DNA of 64,000 bases from Dimorphilus gyrociliatus (Eukaryota; Animalia; Annelida). Positions 1-11,160 of the stretch are shown here, in pieces. Positions within the stretch are counted from its first letter, which is position 1. Each line of letters begins with the position of its first letter. A program made the position numbers and the translations under genes. The notes beneath the pieces were generated by a model. It was not told where the DNA came from. It was given only the letters and a program-made list of their open reading frames with translations, and did not search any database. The stretch lies in contig CAJFCJ010000020.1 in NCBI GenBank assembly GCA_904063045.1, positions 1,728,916-1,792,915 of the forward strand, read 5' to 3'.

Positions 1-897
1 CCAATCCATCTTGACTCGGCTCCTTCGACTTGCAAGCAATTTCTATAACATTTCTTTGCTCCCTAAAGGCATCGGCTACGCGCCTAGAAATTTGGTCAAC
101 ATCTCCACCAATGGTACTACTTAAATCTTGATATTCTCTCAAAAGAGGAACAATTTCAGCATCATAGACTTGAACATTAACAGCAACAACAATTTCTTTC
201 GCTGCTGTACAAAAAAGAGAAAAGTACAAAGTTCAAATTAAAAAGATTAAATAACAACTTTAGGCTTAATTCAATATAAAATTACGACCTTAAAAGGAGA
301 TAATACTCTTTTAACACTTACTTATATGGAAAAATGGTATAATAAAGCGTAAAACTGCTATATTACCTATTTATACTACGACTTTCCCAAAAGGATAAAA
401 ACTAGTGTTTAAAAGAATTACAATATATTAATAAATAATAAAAATAAACTCAATAAAATGTAAAATATGTTGTTTATACGCTTTTTTTTCTTAATATGCC
501 TAATTGCTTAAAGCTATTACCGCCCCCACTCGATAGAAAGAAAGATATTATTACCTTCTTGAACAGATGAGCTTGCTGAGGGAAAATTTAATTTTTCTAA
601 TCGATTCGTAACTTTTTCTAAACGATCAACTAAATCTTCTAGACGATTTGCCATTTCTTCGTTGTATTCCGATTCAAGAGCTGTAGAAGTACGATTTATT
701 TCATTTATCAAATCTTTAGACTCTTTCAAATTGAGTTGAATTTTTTCAGCGGTAATTATCTCCTCTGTTTCTTTATTATCCAATTTTTTTACACTCTCAC
801 AATTTTCAGCCACTTCCTTATTTACTTTTCCGTTTTTATGTGCTACTACTTCTTCTACAGGAGATGGCTGTCTTGGCCTATTACAGCAACAGGACAT
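1..897 (-). CDS. CAP: Adenylyl cyclase-associated protein (CAP/Srv2), 5' part; gene continues off the left edge
   Basis: Exon 897-555 contains the CAP RLE motif (MANRLEDLVDRLEKVTNRLEKL). Phase-1 GT-AG intron 554-205 joins to exon 204-1, encoding VQVYDAEIVPLLREYQDLSSTIGGDVDQISRRVADAFREQRNVIEIACKSKEP, which matches the CAP helical folded domain. Confidence 0.9.
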
Positions 898-1883
898 AGC
901 CAATTTTGGCAAGGCCTAACCGATCTGTACTGCCCAAAAATATCCTAAATTTTACTTTAATTTGTTTTAACTTATTTCTTTAGTAAAAAATTGTTAAGAT
1001 TGTTAAGAAATCGTTGCTAATTTCAACTATAAGAAGATGTAAGGATAAAGAAGAAAAATCTAAAAGAAAAACTACTAATCTATAAGAGCAATAGTAATAA
1101 AAAAGAAAAAATAAATAGTAGTAGGGATTGAAACAAAAACCCAGGGCAAAAACAGATTGCTTAGACCTCTTTCTTATGTCTAATAAGTAATTTGCACACG
1201 CACGCAAAACACATTCATACGCTTGTATTCTATGCATACGCACGCAAATATATATTGTATGTATAAAAAATATATAAGTGTATACAGCATAAAAACGCTG
1301 AAACCGTTAAAAAATAGAAAAGATGCAGATTAAAGGCCTATTAATTTCAAAATTAATCATGCAAAGGTAAATACTTGTATCTGACATAAAATTCTGTCAA
1401 TTATCATGCGAGTATGCTGTCTTAATCAAGTTTATCTCAAGGTTAGCGTATATTTTTGGTGATGATGTACGAATGACTCACTCTTCCTAAATAAGGGAAA
1501 ATCAATGAGTAGGAGGCTCTGAGTTTATGATTCATCCACTTTATATGAAGTAATCGTATAGAATTAATAAAGTTATTAAAATTTAAGTTCGCTCTTAGTG
1601 TCAGTAGGATAGTAAATTGTTTTACTATTTCCAACTAATAAGAGACGCAGTCAACCAAAGCAGGAAATTTATATGTATTTATGCTTTATTGTTCATTAAG
1701 TGTTGAAATGCTATATGTAGATGTTGAAAATTAGCAAATAGAGTATTTTACTTGATTAAAACAGCTTGTCTAACAGAAAGCGTTCTAAAAGCATGAAAAT
1801 TATTTTAAAATAATTATATTTACCTCTTGGCTAGCTTTTTCACCACTCCCAATATAGCGCGATCACAGAGTAAATTCCGGATA

Positions 1884-1950
1884 CGGAAGTCCTTTTTTTC
1901 CTTTTTGTAACGCGTTTATATACCGGTTTTCTAGCTGCGCTGCGCATGCG
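1884..1950. promoter_or_regulatory. ETS-like (CGGAAGT, 1884-1890) and NRF1-like (TGCGCATGCG, 1941-1950) motifs upstream of the MZB1-like gene
   Basis: Motifs read directly, about 90-150 nt 5' of the ATG at 2038 in a CpG-richer patch. Function is inferred. Confidence 0.45.
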
Positions 1951-2037
1951 TTGAGACAAACTAACAGAAAGTGACACGCGTTTGTTAGTCGTTGGTGCTC
2001 TCGAATTTGAATAAGCGTGACGCTGCAGTCATTCAGC

Positions 2038-2765
2038 ATGGAGATATTGCCGAGACTACTAGTTGCATTCTTTGCCTTTTGCTTTATTTATAACATTAAT
2101 TGTGAAGATGAAAAATTTGAACCGCCCCCCGGGACAACTGCTATGAAGTTCACAGTACCTCAAATGGATGACGAAGAATCGCATAGCAACTTTTTACCAA
2201 CAAAAAATGTCGCTATAAAATGTGACGCTTGCAAAGTCATAACATTTAAGGTATGTCTTATGCTAATGAATAATTAATAACATTGAACTGTCACATCGAT
2301 AACAACTACAGTTGCACGAGGGCTTTGAAAAAACGAATAAAAAGTTTACTAAGTTGAAGTATAACATACCGGAGTCGGAAATTTTGGAGATTTTTGAAAA
2401 AGTATGCGTTGTCGATACATTTAACAAGTAAATATTTCATTATCTACTTATAAATAGGGTTTCCCAAAATTTATTAATATATTCATTGTTTTCTTGTCAG
2501 CTATGGTATAAAAGAAATAAATAAAGTTAAACGTCTTTCTGGGCCTGGAACTGATGCAGCTGATTCACCAGGTGTTATGCAAGGAGGAGGTAAATGGCCA
2601 GGTAGAATAGCTGAAATGTGTAATAGATTTGTTGATGAAATGGGTGAAGTAGAAATTTATAAAATATGGAAAAAGGATCCAAAATCACTTAAGAAATTAC
2701 AAAAAGAAATGTGTTATGGCTCTGGAATCAGAGGGCATTGTAAACAAGGAAAGGATGAACTCTAG
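2038..2765 (+). CDS. MZB1: MZB1/pERp1-like ER-luminal saposin-like (Canopy family) protein
   Basis: Exons 2038-2250, 2312-2427, 2501-2765. Signal peptide, PQMDDEE...KCDACK (CxxC), YGIKEINKVKRLSGPG...GGGKWPGRIAEMC and C-terminal KDEL, colinear with vertebrate MZB1 as recalled. Confidence 0.88.
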
Positions 2766-2995
2766 AATGTAATTTTTGCAAGAGTTCTCTAGCTGGTTAT
2801 ATCAAAGTAATTGTGCGTGTCTTTCTAGTCACCTCAGTATTCGTATTTTTGGTCACACATCGAACTTTTCTACAAAATTTTTTCAAATGTTTCTAAATGT
2901 TACAACAAAAAACTGTTGAGTTTCTAAATTTTAATAATACAGCTTCTCTTTCTCCTTAAATATATTTGTTTACATTTTCACAAACAAGCTAACGA

Positions 2996-4046
2996 CTAGT
3001 CCGAAGTTTTCGGCTTTTCTTCTTCATTTATCTCTTCCTTGGGAGGAATTTCTTTCTTTTCTTCTTCTTTTTCTTCTTCTTCTTCTTCTTCTTCTTCACT
3101 TTCTTCTACGGAAGAACTAGGAAAATGGAAAATAAATTTAAGTATTCGTGTCATAATCGCTATTCTTACTATGATGGCGGCAAATCATAATCTCTATTTG
3201 AGATTGCGTTCTTCCTCTCATCATCCAAAAATTTCTCTTGAGCTTTGATAACCTGTTCGCTATTGGGACAACCAGCATATAAATCTAATAGTTCTTCATT
3301 CAGAGAAAGAAATCCGTGACCCCATTTAAATTTATGCAATAGTTCTTCGGCTGAATCTTTAAATCCTGCAAAAGGTAAATACAATTAATGAAAATTACTC
3401 TAAATAAACGTTAGTGTACATTATGTACCTATTATATACAAACAAGCTGCTAGTGCTTCAGCACAAGATAGTTGATATGGTTTTCCATAATTTATAGGGT
3501 TGGCGGCAACGAGATAAGGTAAAAGTCGTGGATGATTTGACCTCATTTTTGAAAAAGGAGTTTCCTCAAGTTTAGCCCATGAACAATCAATTACAGCTAA
3601 TCCATAGTTTAGGATAATCTCTCTACAATAATTTTTATTATCTGTAGTATCTTTAGAACGTGGGATTTAGTATTCTTACTTGTCTTCCGGAGAAACGCAT
3701 TTACTGCCAACTGGAGACAGTACTATACCATTAAATCTTTGATTTAAGGATAAGCATGTCACATAGCCTAGTCGCGCTAGTTTTCTTCCAGAACACTTTC
3801 GGGGATCGCAATGTTGCAAATCCCACATGGCTAGAGTACATGGAAATGTTGCTGTTTCTTCATCATCCTCACCACTCTCATCTATAATTTTATTTTAAGG
3901 CTTATTTTATTAAAGATTCTGTAATAGATTGATTTCTTACCATCACTAGCTTCTCTTAATTTCTCTGTACTATATTTTTCATCTCTTTTCTTTTGTCTTT
4001 GTCTGAATTTGTCAAACTTTTTATCTTGCTTCTTATGTCTTGGCAT
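2996..4046 (-). CDS. TSR3: 18S rRNA aminocarboxypropyltransferase TSR3
   Basis: Spliced reading gives [56 protein letters not shown] and an acidic tail. ATG 4046, stop 2996-2998. Confidence 0.95.
3061..3097. repeat. (TTC)n tract encoding the poly-Glu tail of TSR3
   Basis: Trinucleotide run inside the last TSR3 exon. Confidence 0.85.
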
Positions 4047-4224
4047 TATAATTCGCAATTTATCTATTTCCTTAAATTACCAATGTTATCAAAAGAATAA
4101 ATTTTAGATTTATTAAATTATAATAAACAATTATTTAACAAACACTAATTAATCTATGAAATATAACAACTTGTAATTGATGATTTAAGATAAACGTGCT
4201 TTCACTTCGTCGTTGTCGTCTGCT

Positions 4225-4238
4225 TGATCACGTGATCA
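4225..4238. promoter_or_regulatory. 14-bp perfect palindrome TGATCACGTGATCA with a CACGTG E-box core, upstream of TSR3
   Basis: Seen directly about 180 nt 5' of the TSR3 ATG. bHLH-ZIP binding is inferred. Confidence 0.45.
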
Positions 4239-4745
4239 CAAATTTGAAACTTGCGCTACCTAACTCTAGACAAGCAGTAGTAATTTTGTTGATGAAATAA
4301 GAGGGCAAGCAATCGTTGATTAGGATGCATTAAATCTATTAGCAAAGGAAGCAATTAAGTGAAAGCATTGTCATTATTTCTTCAGACACTGATCTGTATA
4401 TAAGAAGAACAGAAGGAGTAGTTTTAGAGTGTAAGCTGATGATATCGCTTTATTTATCATTATGATATAAAGAAGTCAGTAAAGAAGAGAAAAAGTAGCT
4501 TGAGTATTGACTAAAGAAGTCTTAAAAATTGACTAAACAATCAAAAAAGTGATTGCTGCTTTGGCATTCAATGATAACGACTGGAGTTTGTTTTGAACAC
4601 AAAAAATTCGTTGTCTTTATGCATGTTTTTGTTGTTGCTTGATTTCTGGTTTTAACTTAGTTAAATGTATCAACAAACAAAAAATATGTTGATTTATATG
4701 TCAACTAATGAAAGATATAAAAGAGGAAAGAATAGTGATTAATAG

Positions 4746-5716
4746 TTAATTCGTTAAGTCATCACTTTTATCTTCGTTTTCATCAGCATCTGGTTGATCT
4801 TTTAATTTTAAGCTGGCTGTTTCTTTCAATAGTCTTAGCCATTTTGGTTTACCACTTCCTTTCCTGCGACCATATCCTTCGTACGGCAATTCGTAGAGAT
4901 TTTCTTGACTTTGTTTACTATCGTGTTTAGTTGCTCCATGATCAATTTGAAATTGACAAAGAGCATCTAATGGTCTAGTTAGTTCTTCGTAAATCTTTGG
5001 CTCATTTTGCAGAATTGATAGAGTTAAGGCACCAGTTTCAAGAGTTGAGAAACAATTATCGGAAGGTTGGGTTCTAATCAAGTATTTACTCAATTTATCA
5101 CTGCTTACTTGAACTTTTCTTATATTTCGGAAACAATCTTCATGACTTTTATATAATGATCGAGCTTGAAACCAAGTTCCGTCTATAAGTATGATATTGT
5201 AAGGTACATCTTTATCAAGTTCAGATACATCGATAGAATCTGGAGATGGCCAAAGTAGAATTGTATTAGGACTTTCAAGAATTTCGCGTACTTTTGGGAA
5301 TTTTCCTTCGCTTAAATGACGACCTATCCATATGTGACATTTCGATGGACCAAGTCCTTCTTTGAGCATGGGGGTAGTACTTAAAGGTCTTTTTTGCTGC
5401 GAAATTAAAGTCTTTTAAAAGATAAATCAAATGAAAAGTTTAGCCTACTTCGTACGGATGCTGCCAAACATAAACAGTTGACTTGGTTTCTAATCTCGGA
5501 TCTGGTAAGAATGAACACCAACACACAGAAGTGGGACGTCTAAAATTGACAACTATCTATATATTATCGCTCAGAATAGAATATATAGTTGTTATGATAA
5601 AAGAGAAAGTCACTATTTCATTCCACTTACTTGCATCTATCGCATACTTTTCTTTTCGGTTTTTGTTCCTGGACTTCAGGTAAATGCTTTAAACTGTCGA
5701 ACATTTCATCATCCAT
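4746..5716 (-). CDS. DTWD2: tRNA-uridine aminocarboxypropyltransferase (DTW domain), DTWD2 type
   Basis: ATG 5716 (MDDEMFDSL...RKVCDRCK/RPTSVCWCSFLP...WQHPYE), then a long last exon with the DxTW motif IILIDGTW, YLIRTQP, STLE and LCQFQIDHGA. Confidence 0.92.
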
Positions 5717-5948
5717 GCCTCAGAATAACTTCCGAATGTAAGTGCCATCTGTTGTTCAAGATAGAAGTAGACAAACGATACTAAAGCAGACAACAGTGTA
5801 CGTAAAATAATATCGTCTTAAATAGTTACTAACTGCAATTCCAATGTCTTAAAAGTATAACATCGATGCTTACTAATAATTAATATCGAGGAAAATTTAT
5901 ATTTGATAAAATACAAATATCGATAATTAATTAATTTTCTAAACAAAG

Positions 5949-7229
5949 ATGGATTTATCATTTTTGAGGAATAATTCTCGATTAATTAGGAATTTAGTCA
6001 GTTTTTGGATATTTGGATTATGCAATAATTTTGCCTATGTGATAATGCTTAGCGCAGCTCATGATATTTTGGAATCGAAAGAGAATTCAACTGATGCAAT
6101 TGACACAAATTCAACCAATACAAATACAAGCTACCATCTTGTCTGTAATCCAATATCAACTGGAGCTATTCTCTTGGCAGATATCCTTCCAACTGTAATA
6201 ATAAAGTTGACAGCACCATTTTACATGCAAAAAATTCCCTATAATATACGAGTGCGGCTTGTATGTTTATTCGCAGCTGGTTCATTCATCATCGTTGCTC
6301 TCTCTAAAAACTTAGGATTAAGTCTATTCGGTGTTGTTTGTGCTAGTTTAAGCAGTGGATTCGGTGAAATAACATTCCTTAGCATGACATCTTTTTATAA
6401 TAAAAAAGTGGTTTCAACCTGGAGTTCAGGAACGGGAATGGCAGGCTTAGCAGGAGCCCTTAGCTACGTAGGACTGCTTTCGGCTGGTCTAACACCTAAG
6501 AATACATTATTGCTTATGCTGGTTGTGCCCGCTATATTCCTATTAACTTATGAATTGCTTTTATATAAATTACATAACGTTTCGAGATATCGTGCAGAAA
6601 GTTCATTAATATTACCAACTGAGGAAAATGCTGCTGAAAACTCTCCATTCCTCTTCGATGATGACATTGATAATGATATAAGACAAGAAAGAAAATCTCA
6701 TGAAAATATTGTTTCGTTATTTTGTACAAATGCTCGTCTTATTAAAGGCTTAATTCTACCTTATATGTTACCATTGGCAATAGTCTACTTTGCAGAATAT
6801 TTCATAAATCAAGCCCTATTTGAATTACTTCAGTTTCATTCAAAGTTAACTTTCAGCGAGCAATATCGATGGTATCAAGCTCTCTATCAAGCTGGCGTTT
6901 TTATATCAAGGTCTTCTGTAAACTTGATAAGAATCCGATACTTGTGGCTAATGCCTGTTTTGCAAACTGTTAATCTTGTCTTGTTGTTATGCCAAACGTT
7001 TTTCCATTTTATACCAAGCGTATGGATAGTTATGATTCTAATAGCTTACGAAGGACTTTTAGGTGGTGCAGCCTACGTTAACACATTCTATTCAATGACT
7101 GAAGAAGTACCGGAAGAGAATCTTGAATTCTGCTTAGGTGTTGCTACCGTATCTGATTCTCTAGGAATAACTATTGCCGGTTTTGTCTCATTGCCTGTTC
7201 ATAATGCAATATGCTCTAGATTGCGTTAA
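5949..7229 (+). CDS. CLN3: Battenin (CLN3), lysosomal multipass membrane protein, intronless
   Basis: 426-aa ORF with FWIFGLCNNFAYVIMLSAAHDIL, ILLADILP, WSSGTGMAG, AEYFINQ, YEGLLGGAAYVNTF. Confidence 0.96.
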   Translation: MDLSFLRNNSRLIRNLVSFWIFGLCNNFAYVIMLSAAHDILESKENSTDAIDTNSTNTNTSYHLVCNPISTGAILLADILPTVIIKLTAPFYMQKIPYNIRVRLVCLFAAGSFIIVALSKNLGLSLFGVVCASLSSGFGEITFLSMTSFYNKKVVSTWSSGTGMAGLAGALSYVGLLSAGLTPKNTLLLMLVVPAIFLLTYELLLYKLHNVSRYRAESSLILPTEENAAENSPFLFDDDIDNDIRQERKSHENIVSLFCTNARLIKGLILPYMLPLAIVYFAEYFINQALFELLQFHSKLTFSEQYRWYQALYQAGVFISRSSVNLIRIRYLWLMPVLQTVNLVLLLCQTFFHFIPSVWIVMILIAYEGLLGGAAYVNTFYSMTEEVPEENLEFCLGVATVSDSLGITIAGFVSLPVHNAICSRLR

Positions 7230-7395
7230 CTTGATTTTTTATCTTTTTTCAAGTATTGATAATTAACAAAGCTTTCATTTTATACGTATATAAATATGCT
7301 GTATCTATACATATATATATATAAGGTATGTTTTGCCATTAATACAGATCATCTAATCAATTGGGAAATAGTGTTTTATACATCGAAACTTAAGT

Positions 7396-8834
7396 ATGAA
7401 GATTTGTATTGTTGGAGCAGGAGTAATTGGCCTATCAACAGGACTTTGTATAAAAAATTTACTACCAGCCGCACGATTAACAATAATTGCTGACACTTTT
7501 AATCCTGATACAACTTCTGATGTTGCCGGAGGTGTATGGGAACCTCATTTTGTAACCTATCCAGATAAACAGGAATTATCGTTAGTTCTTAATAAAGAAA
7601 GATATCTATATATAAATTAGTACATACATACAGTAGATACATATGTATAATAATATTAATTTCTTTTAATTATACCAGTAAATGGCAGAAAACGACCTTC
7701 AACTATATATTCGACCTGAGTGTTAGGCCTAATGCACATGAGTATGGTGCATTTATGTGTCCCTCGCTGATCTTAGAGTCTGACAAAGTTGAAGTAATAG
7801 AGTTAAAAACTTATTAAATCACTTATTATTATAGATATACTACTTTCAATAGAAGCCTGATTGGAGTGACATTGTAGTTGGATTCAACATTCTAAGTAAG
7901 GACGAAATTAAGAGAAGAACTGGAGTAGAATACGAAACTGGATGGACTTTCAATACCTTGGTTTTGGAGGGATCTAAATATTTGCCTTACTTAACAAACG
8001 AGTATTTATCGCATGATGGAACTCATTTTCTGTGATCCCATATTAAGATATATTTCTTTTAACAACGTTTAGATTGAGAAAACAGGGAGTTAATTTTGAG
8101 AAGAGAAAACTTAATAGTCTAGAAGAGGTTAGTTTCCCCTTGTTTCCATTGGTTTCAAATCCTCTCTTCCTCCCATCCTTCATTGCTTTGAATTATGCAA
8201 AAATCTTATGAAATCTTTGCCTTTTTTTGCCCAAAAAGTTAACCAACTACGATGTTATAGTGCATTGTACAGGATACGGTGCTAGAAAATTGGTTGGAGA
8301 TGATAACGTTGTTGGCTACAGTGGCCAAGTGATAAAAGTTGATGCTCTTCATATGAAATACTTTATAACCTCCCCTACAGCTTACGTTATACCAAGGTAA
8401 TGCATCTTTAATATTATTGTTTAACTGACAAAACATGTACACAATTTTAAAGGAGCGACGGATTAATAATGGGTGGTACCCTAATTGAAGGTGACGAATC
8501 TAGAATTCCAGACGAACAACATACAAAGATGATTTACGAAGATTGCTGTAAACTCTTACCCCAACTACATGGATGTAAAATTCTAAAGGTTTTAAAAGGA
8601 ATTAGACCTTATAGAAAGAACGGTGTTAGACTTGAAAAAGAAGTTAAAATTATCGGATCAAAAAAGCTTAATGTTTGTTATAGAATTATTTAAAAATATA
8701 AAAAACTATAGATATAAATCTTTTTATAGATCGTACACAATTATGGTCATGGTGGAAATGGCGTAACTCTTCACTGGGGTTGTGCTCTACGTGCTGCCAG
8801 TTTAGTAAAAGAATTTCAACAGGAAAACTTATGA
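7396..8834 (+). CDS. D-amino-acid/D-aspartate oxidase family flavoenzyme
   Basis: Multi-exon. FAD motif [39 protein letters not shown] and the signature [17 protein letters not shown]. Stop 8832-8834. Confidence 0.92.
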
Positions 8835-9082
8835 TTCTATATTAAATGAATAGAGTTTTAGAACAAGATTCTAATTAAAGAATCAAATTTAAAAATTCAA
8901 ATATAAAAAAATATGAAAATATAAAAAAAAAACGTCTCTTTTTTAATTATGCGCATAAAGATTATCGTTGAAGGTCACCAGCCAACGAAAAATAGTGTAT
9001 TTCAAGCTTTTTTGTATAATAAAAAAAAACGATTAAATTATCAAAATATAATGGATATAGTTCGTTAATACGTATTTTTTTT

Positions 9083-10376
9083 TTAACGAATCTTTGGAGG
9101 ATCAAGGTAACCAAAACCTGAAGATCCATCTCCCGTTCGTTCTTTTCTTCTTTTAATCATTTCGGGGCTGATTTTCTTCATTCCGTATGCTTGTCCAATG
9201 AGAGCACAAAAGTCGATAAAAGCAGTTGTAATATTTCTTCCCCAGCCGTATTCGGAGGCTGAATAGTCTTGAGGGAAAGTATGATGGTAATTATGATAAC
9301 CTTCACCCATTGCGGCGACGACAACACCCAAAGTCTCAACGGGATTGATATCCTTGTCGTATGGTTTGTTACCAAACAAATGAGCAACCGAATTAACGGC
9401 CCAGGTAGCATTTACAACACAAGTATATTTCAATATGCCAACAGTGAAAAAGGCAGTCCACCAATTTTCACCCCAAAAGTACCAGGCTACGAGGGCTGGG
9501 AAGAAAAAGCAGAGAAATATCATGGCAGGTACGTAAAACCTGACAAATAGATTGATATTAGTATTAAGATTTAGCTGTAAAGAGATATTTGCAGAATGTA
9601 ACTTACTTTCTTTGCAGTCTTAGGAGAGGATCTGCAAGTAAGTCATCCATGTTGATTTTCTTTCCTTTTTCTTTGACTTCAGGATGTTTCCTAACAAGTA
9701 GCCATCCAACGTGAGAAAAGAAAAAGCCTCTCTTGGCGTTATGAGGATCGGCATTTGTTTCAGAATATTTGTGATGAGCTCTATGATCACGAGACCATTC
9801 AATAATGTCATTTTGGAATGCCATTGTATTCCAAATAACTAAGATGATTCTTAAGGGTAGTTTAGCCTTATAAGATCTGTGTGACCATAATCTATGAGCT
9901 CCAGCAGTAATTCCTAAACCTGACATGGCATACGTTGCAGCAACTGAAAGAGATAAAAAAAAGGATGTATTCATAATAATCTAATTGAAAACGTGCAAAA
10001 AAGATTACAAGTATGTTAGTGATGATAAAAAATCCTTAAACAGAATAATCAATTTCTAATCGCTATCAGATAGGAAAGTTTTAAACACGCAATAAGTGTT
10101 TTTAGAGTTCATTACCGAGATTAATTTTAAAAATAAGGGAAAGGAAGGAGTTGACAACTTACACCAAATCCATGTTTGCCATTTCACATAAAACATTGCA
10201 TAAGCTCCATACACAGCTGCCAAATGAAGGTAGATCATCCAGATGACATTCCTCCATACAATCTGCATTGGAGGTGCTTCCTGACTTTTTTTCTGATCGG
10301 TTGTCACAGCTTCTAACTCATCTTTATCATCATCCTCAGTTACTACATTGTACTTGTTTAAATTCCTTGGAGGCAT
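9083..10376 (-). CDS. SCD: Acyl-CoA delta-9 desaturase (stearoyl-CoA desaturase family)
   Basis: Three exons with three His boxes: TAGAHRLWSH, DHRAHHKYSE, GEGYHNYHH. Confidence 0.95.
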
Positions 10377-11160
10377 TTTCTCTCTCTCTGCTATAAAAAA
10401 AATTAACCGCCATTGTTTATTTTTATATGGAAAACTTTTCTATATTGTTGTTTTATTTACATAGATTAACGGAAATTATTTGAAAAAAATTGCGTAAAGT
10501 ATTAAATTTAATAAAATATATACTTGCTGCTCGACTTTGGTAGATATCCAAGTGAAATCAACTAGTTAAAAAGTCCATATATATAATACAGTCGTCCGAC
10601 ACAAGAAAAGGTCAAGTACCATTTCTTAATAGGAAGGCCTATAGTACTTACATTAGAAAATAAAAATGTATTGCGTTTAAAATATTAATATCCGCCATTT
10701 TTAAAATTTGATAACTATTTAATATAGTTAAATATTTCTTTAGTTCAAAGAAGTTGATTGGTACAGTTTAAAGGTTGTCGCGTTAAATTGCGCGCTTCTA
10801 ACGAATGATCTTTGTAACTTTCATCAGACAATTGATTAAAAATAATGTATACAAAAAGTCAAAACTCTTGAGGTTAAAGATCGAAGCATCACGTGCGTGA
10901 CATTCTCTCTATTACGTAAATTAATAGGATCATCTATTCAGGACACGGTATATTTGATACAGTTTATTTAGTTTATGTACGTGAGAAGATTAAAAATTTT
11001 ATTCCCAAAAGCTAAGGTGTATTGTTGAATGAACCAATAAAAAAAAATGAGAGAAAAGATTGAAAAGTAATGTTCTATTTTCTCATATCGTTTCTTGTTT
11101 GTTATTATTATTTTATTGTTGTGCATGTTTTTCTTTTAAAATGATATTCTTTGTCATAGG

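Noticed and set aside
4290-4392. Possible C/D-box snoRNA (TGATGA at 4290, CTGA at 4389) or small spliced gene between TSR3 and DTWD2
   Set aside because: No terminal stem, no guide complementarity I could recognise, and the candidate exons do not join in frame. Such boxes occur by chance in AT-rich DNA.
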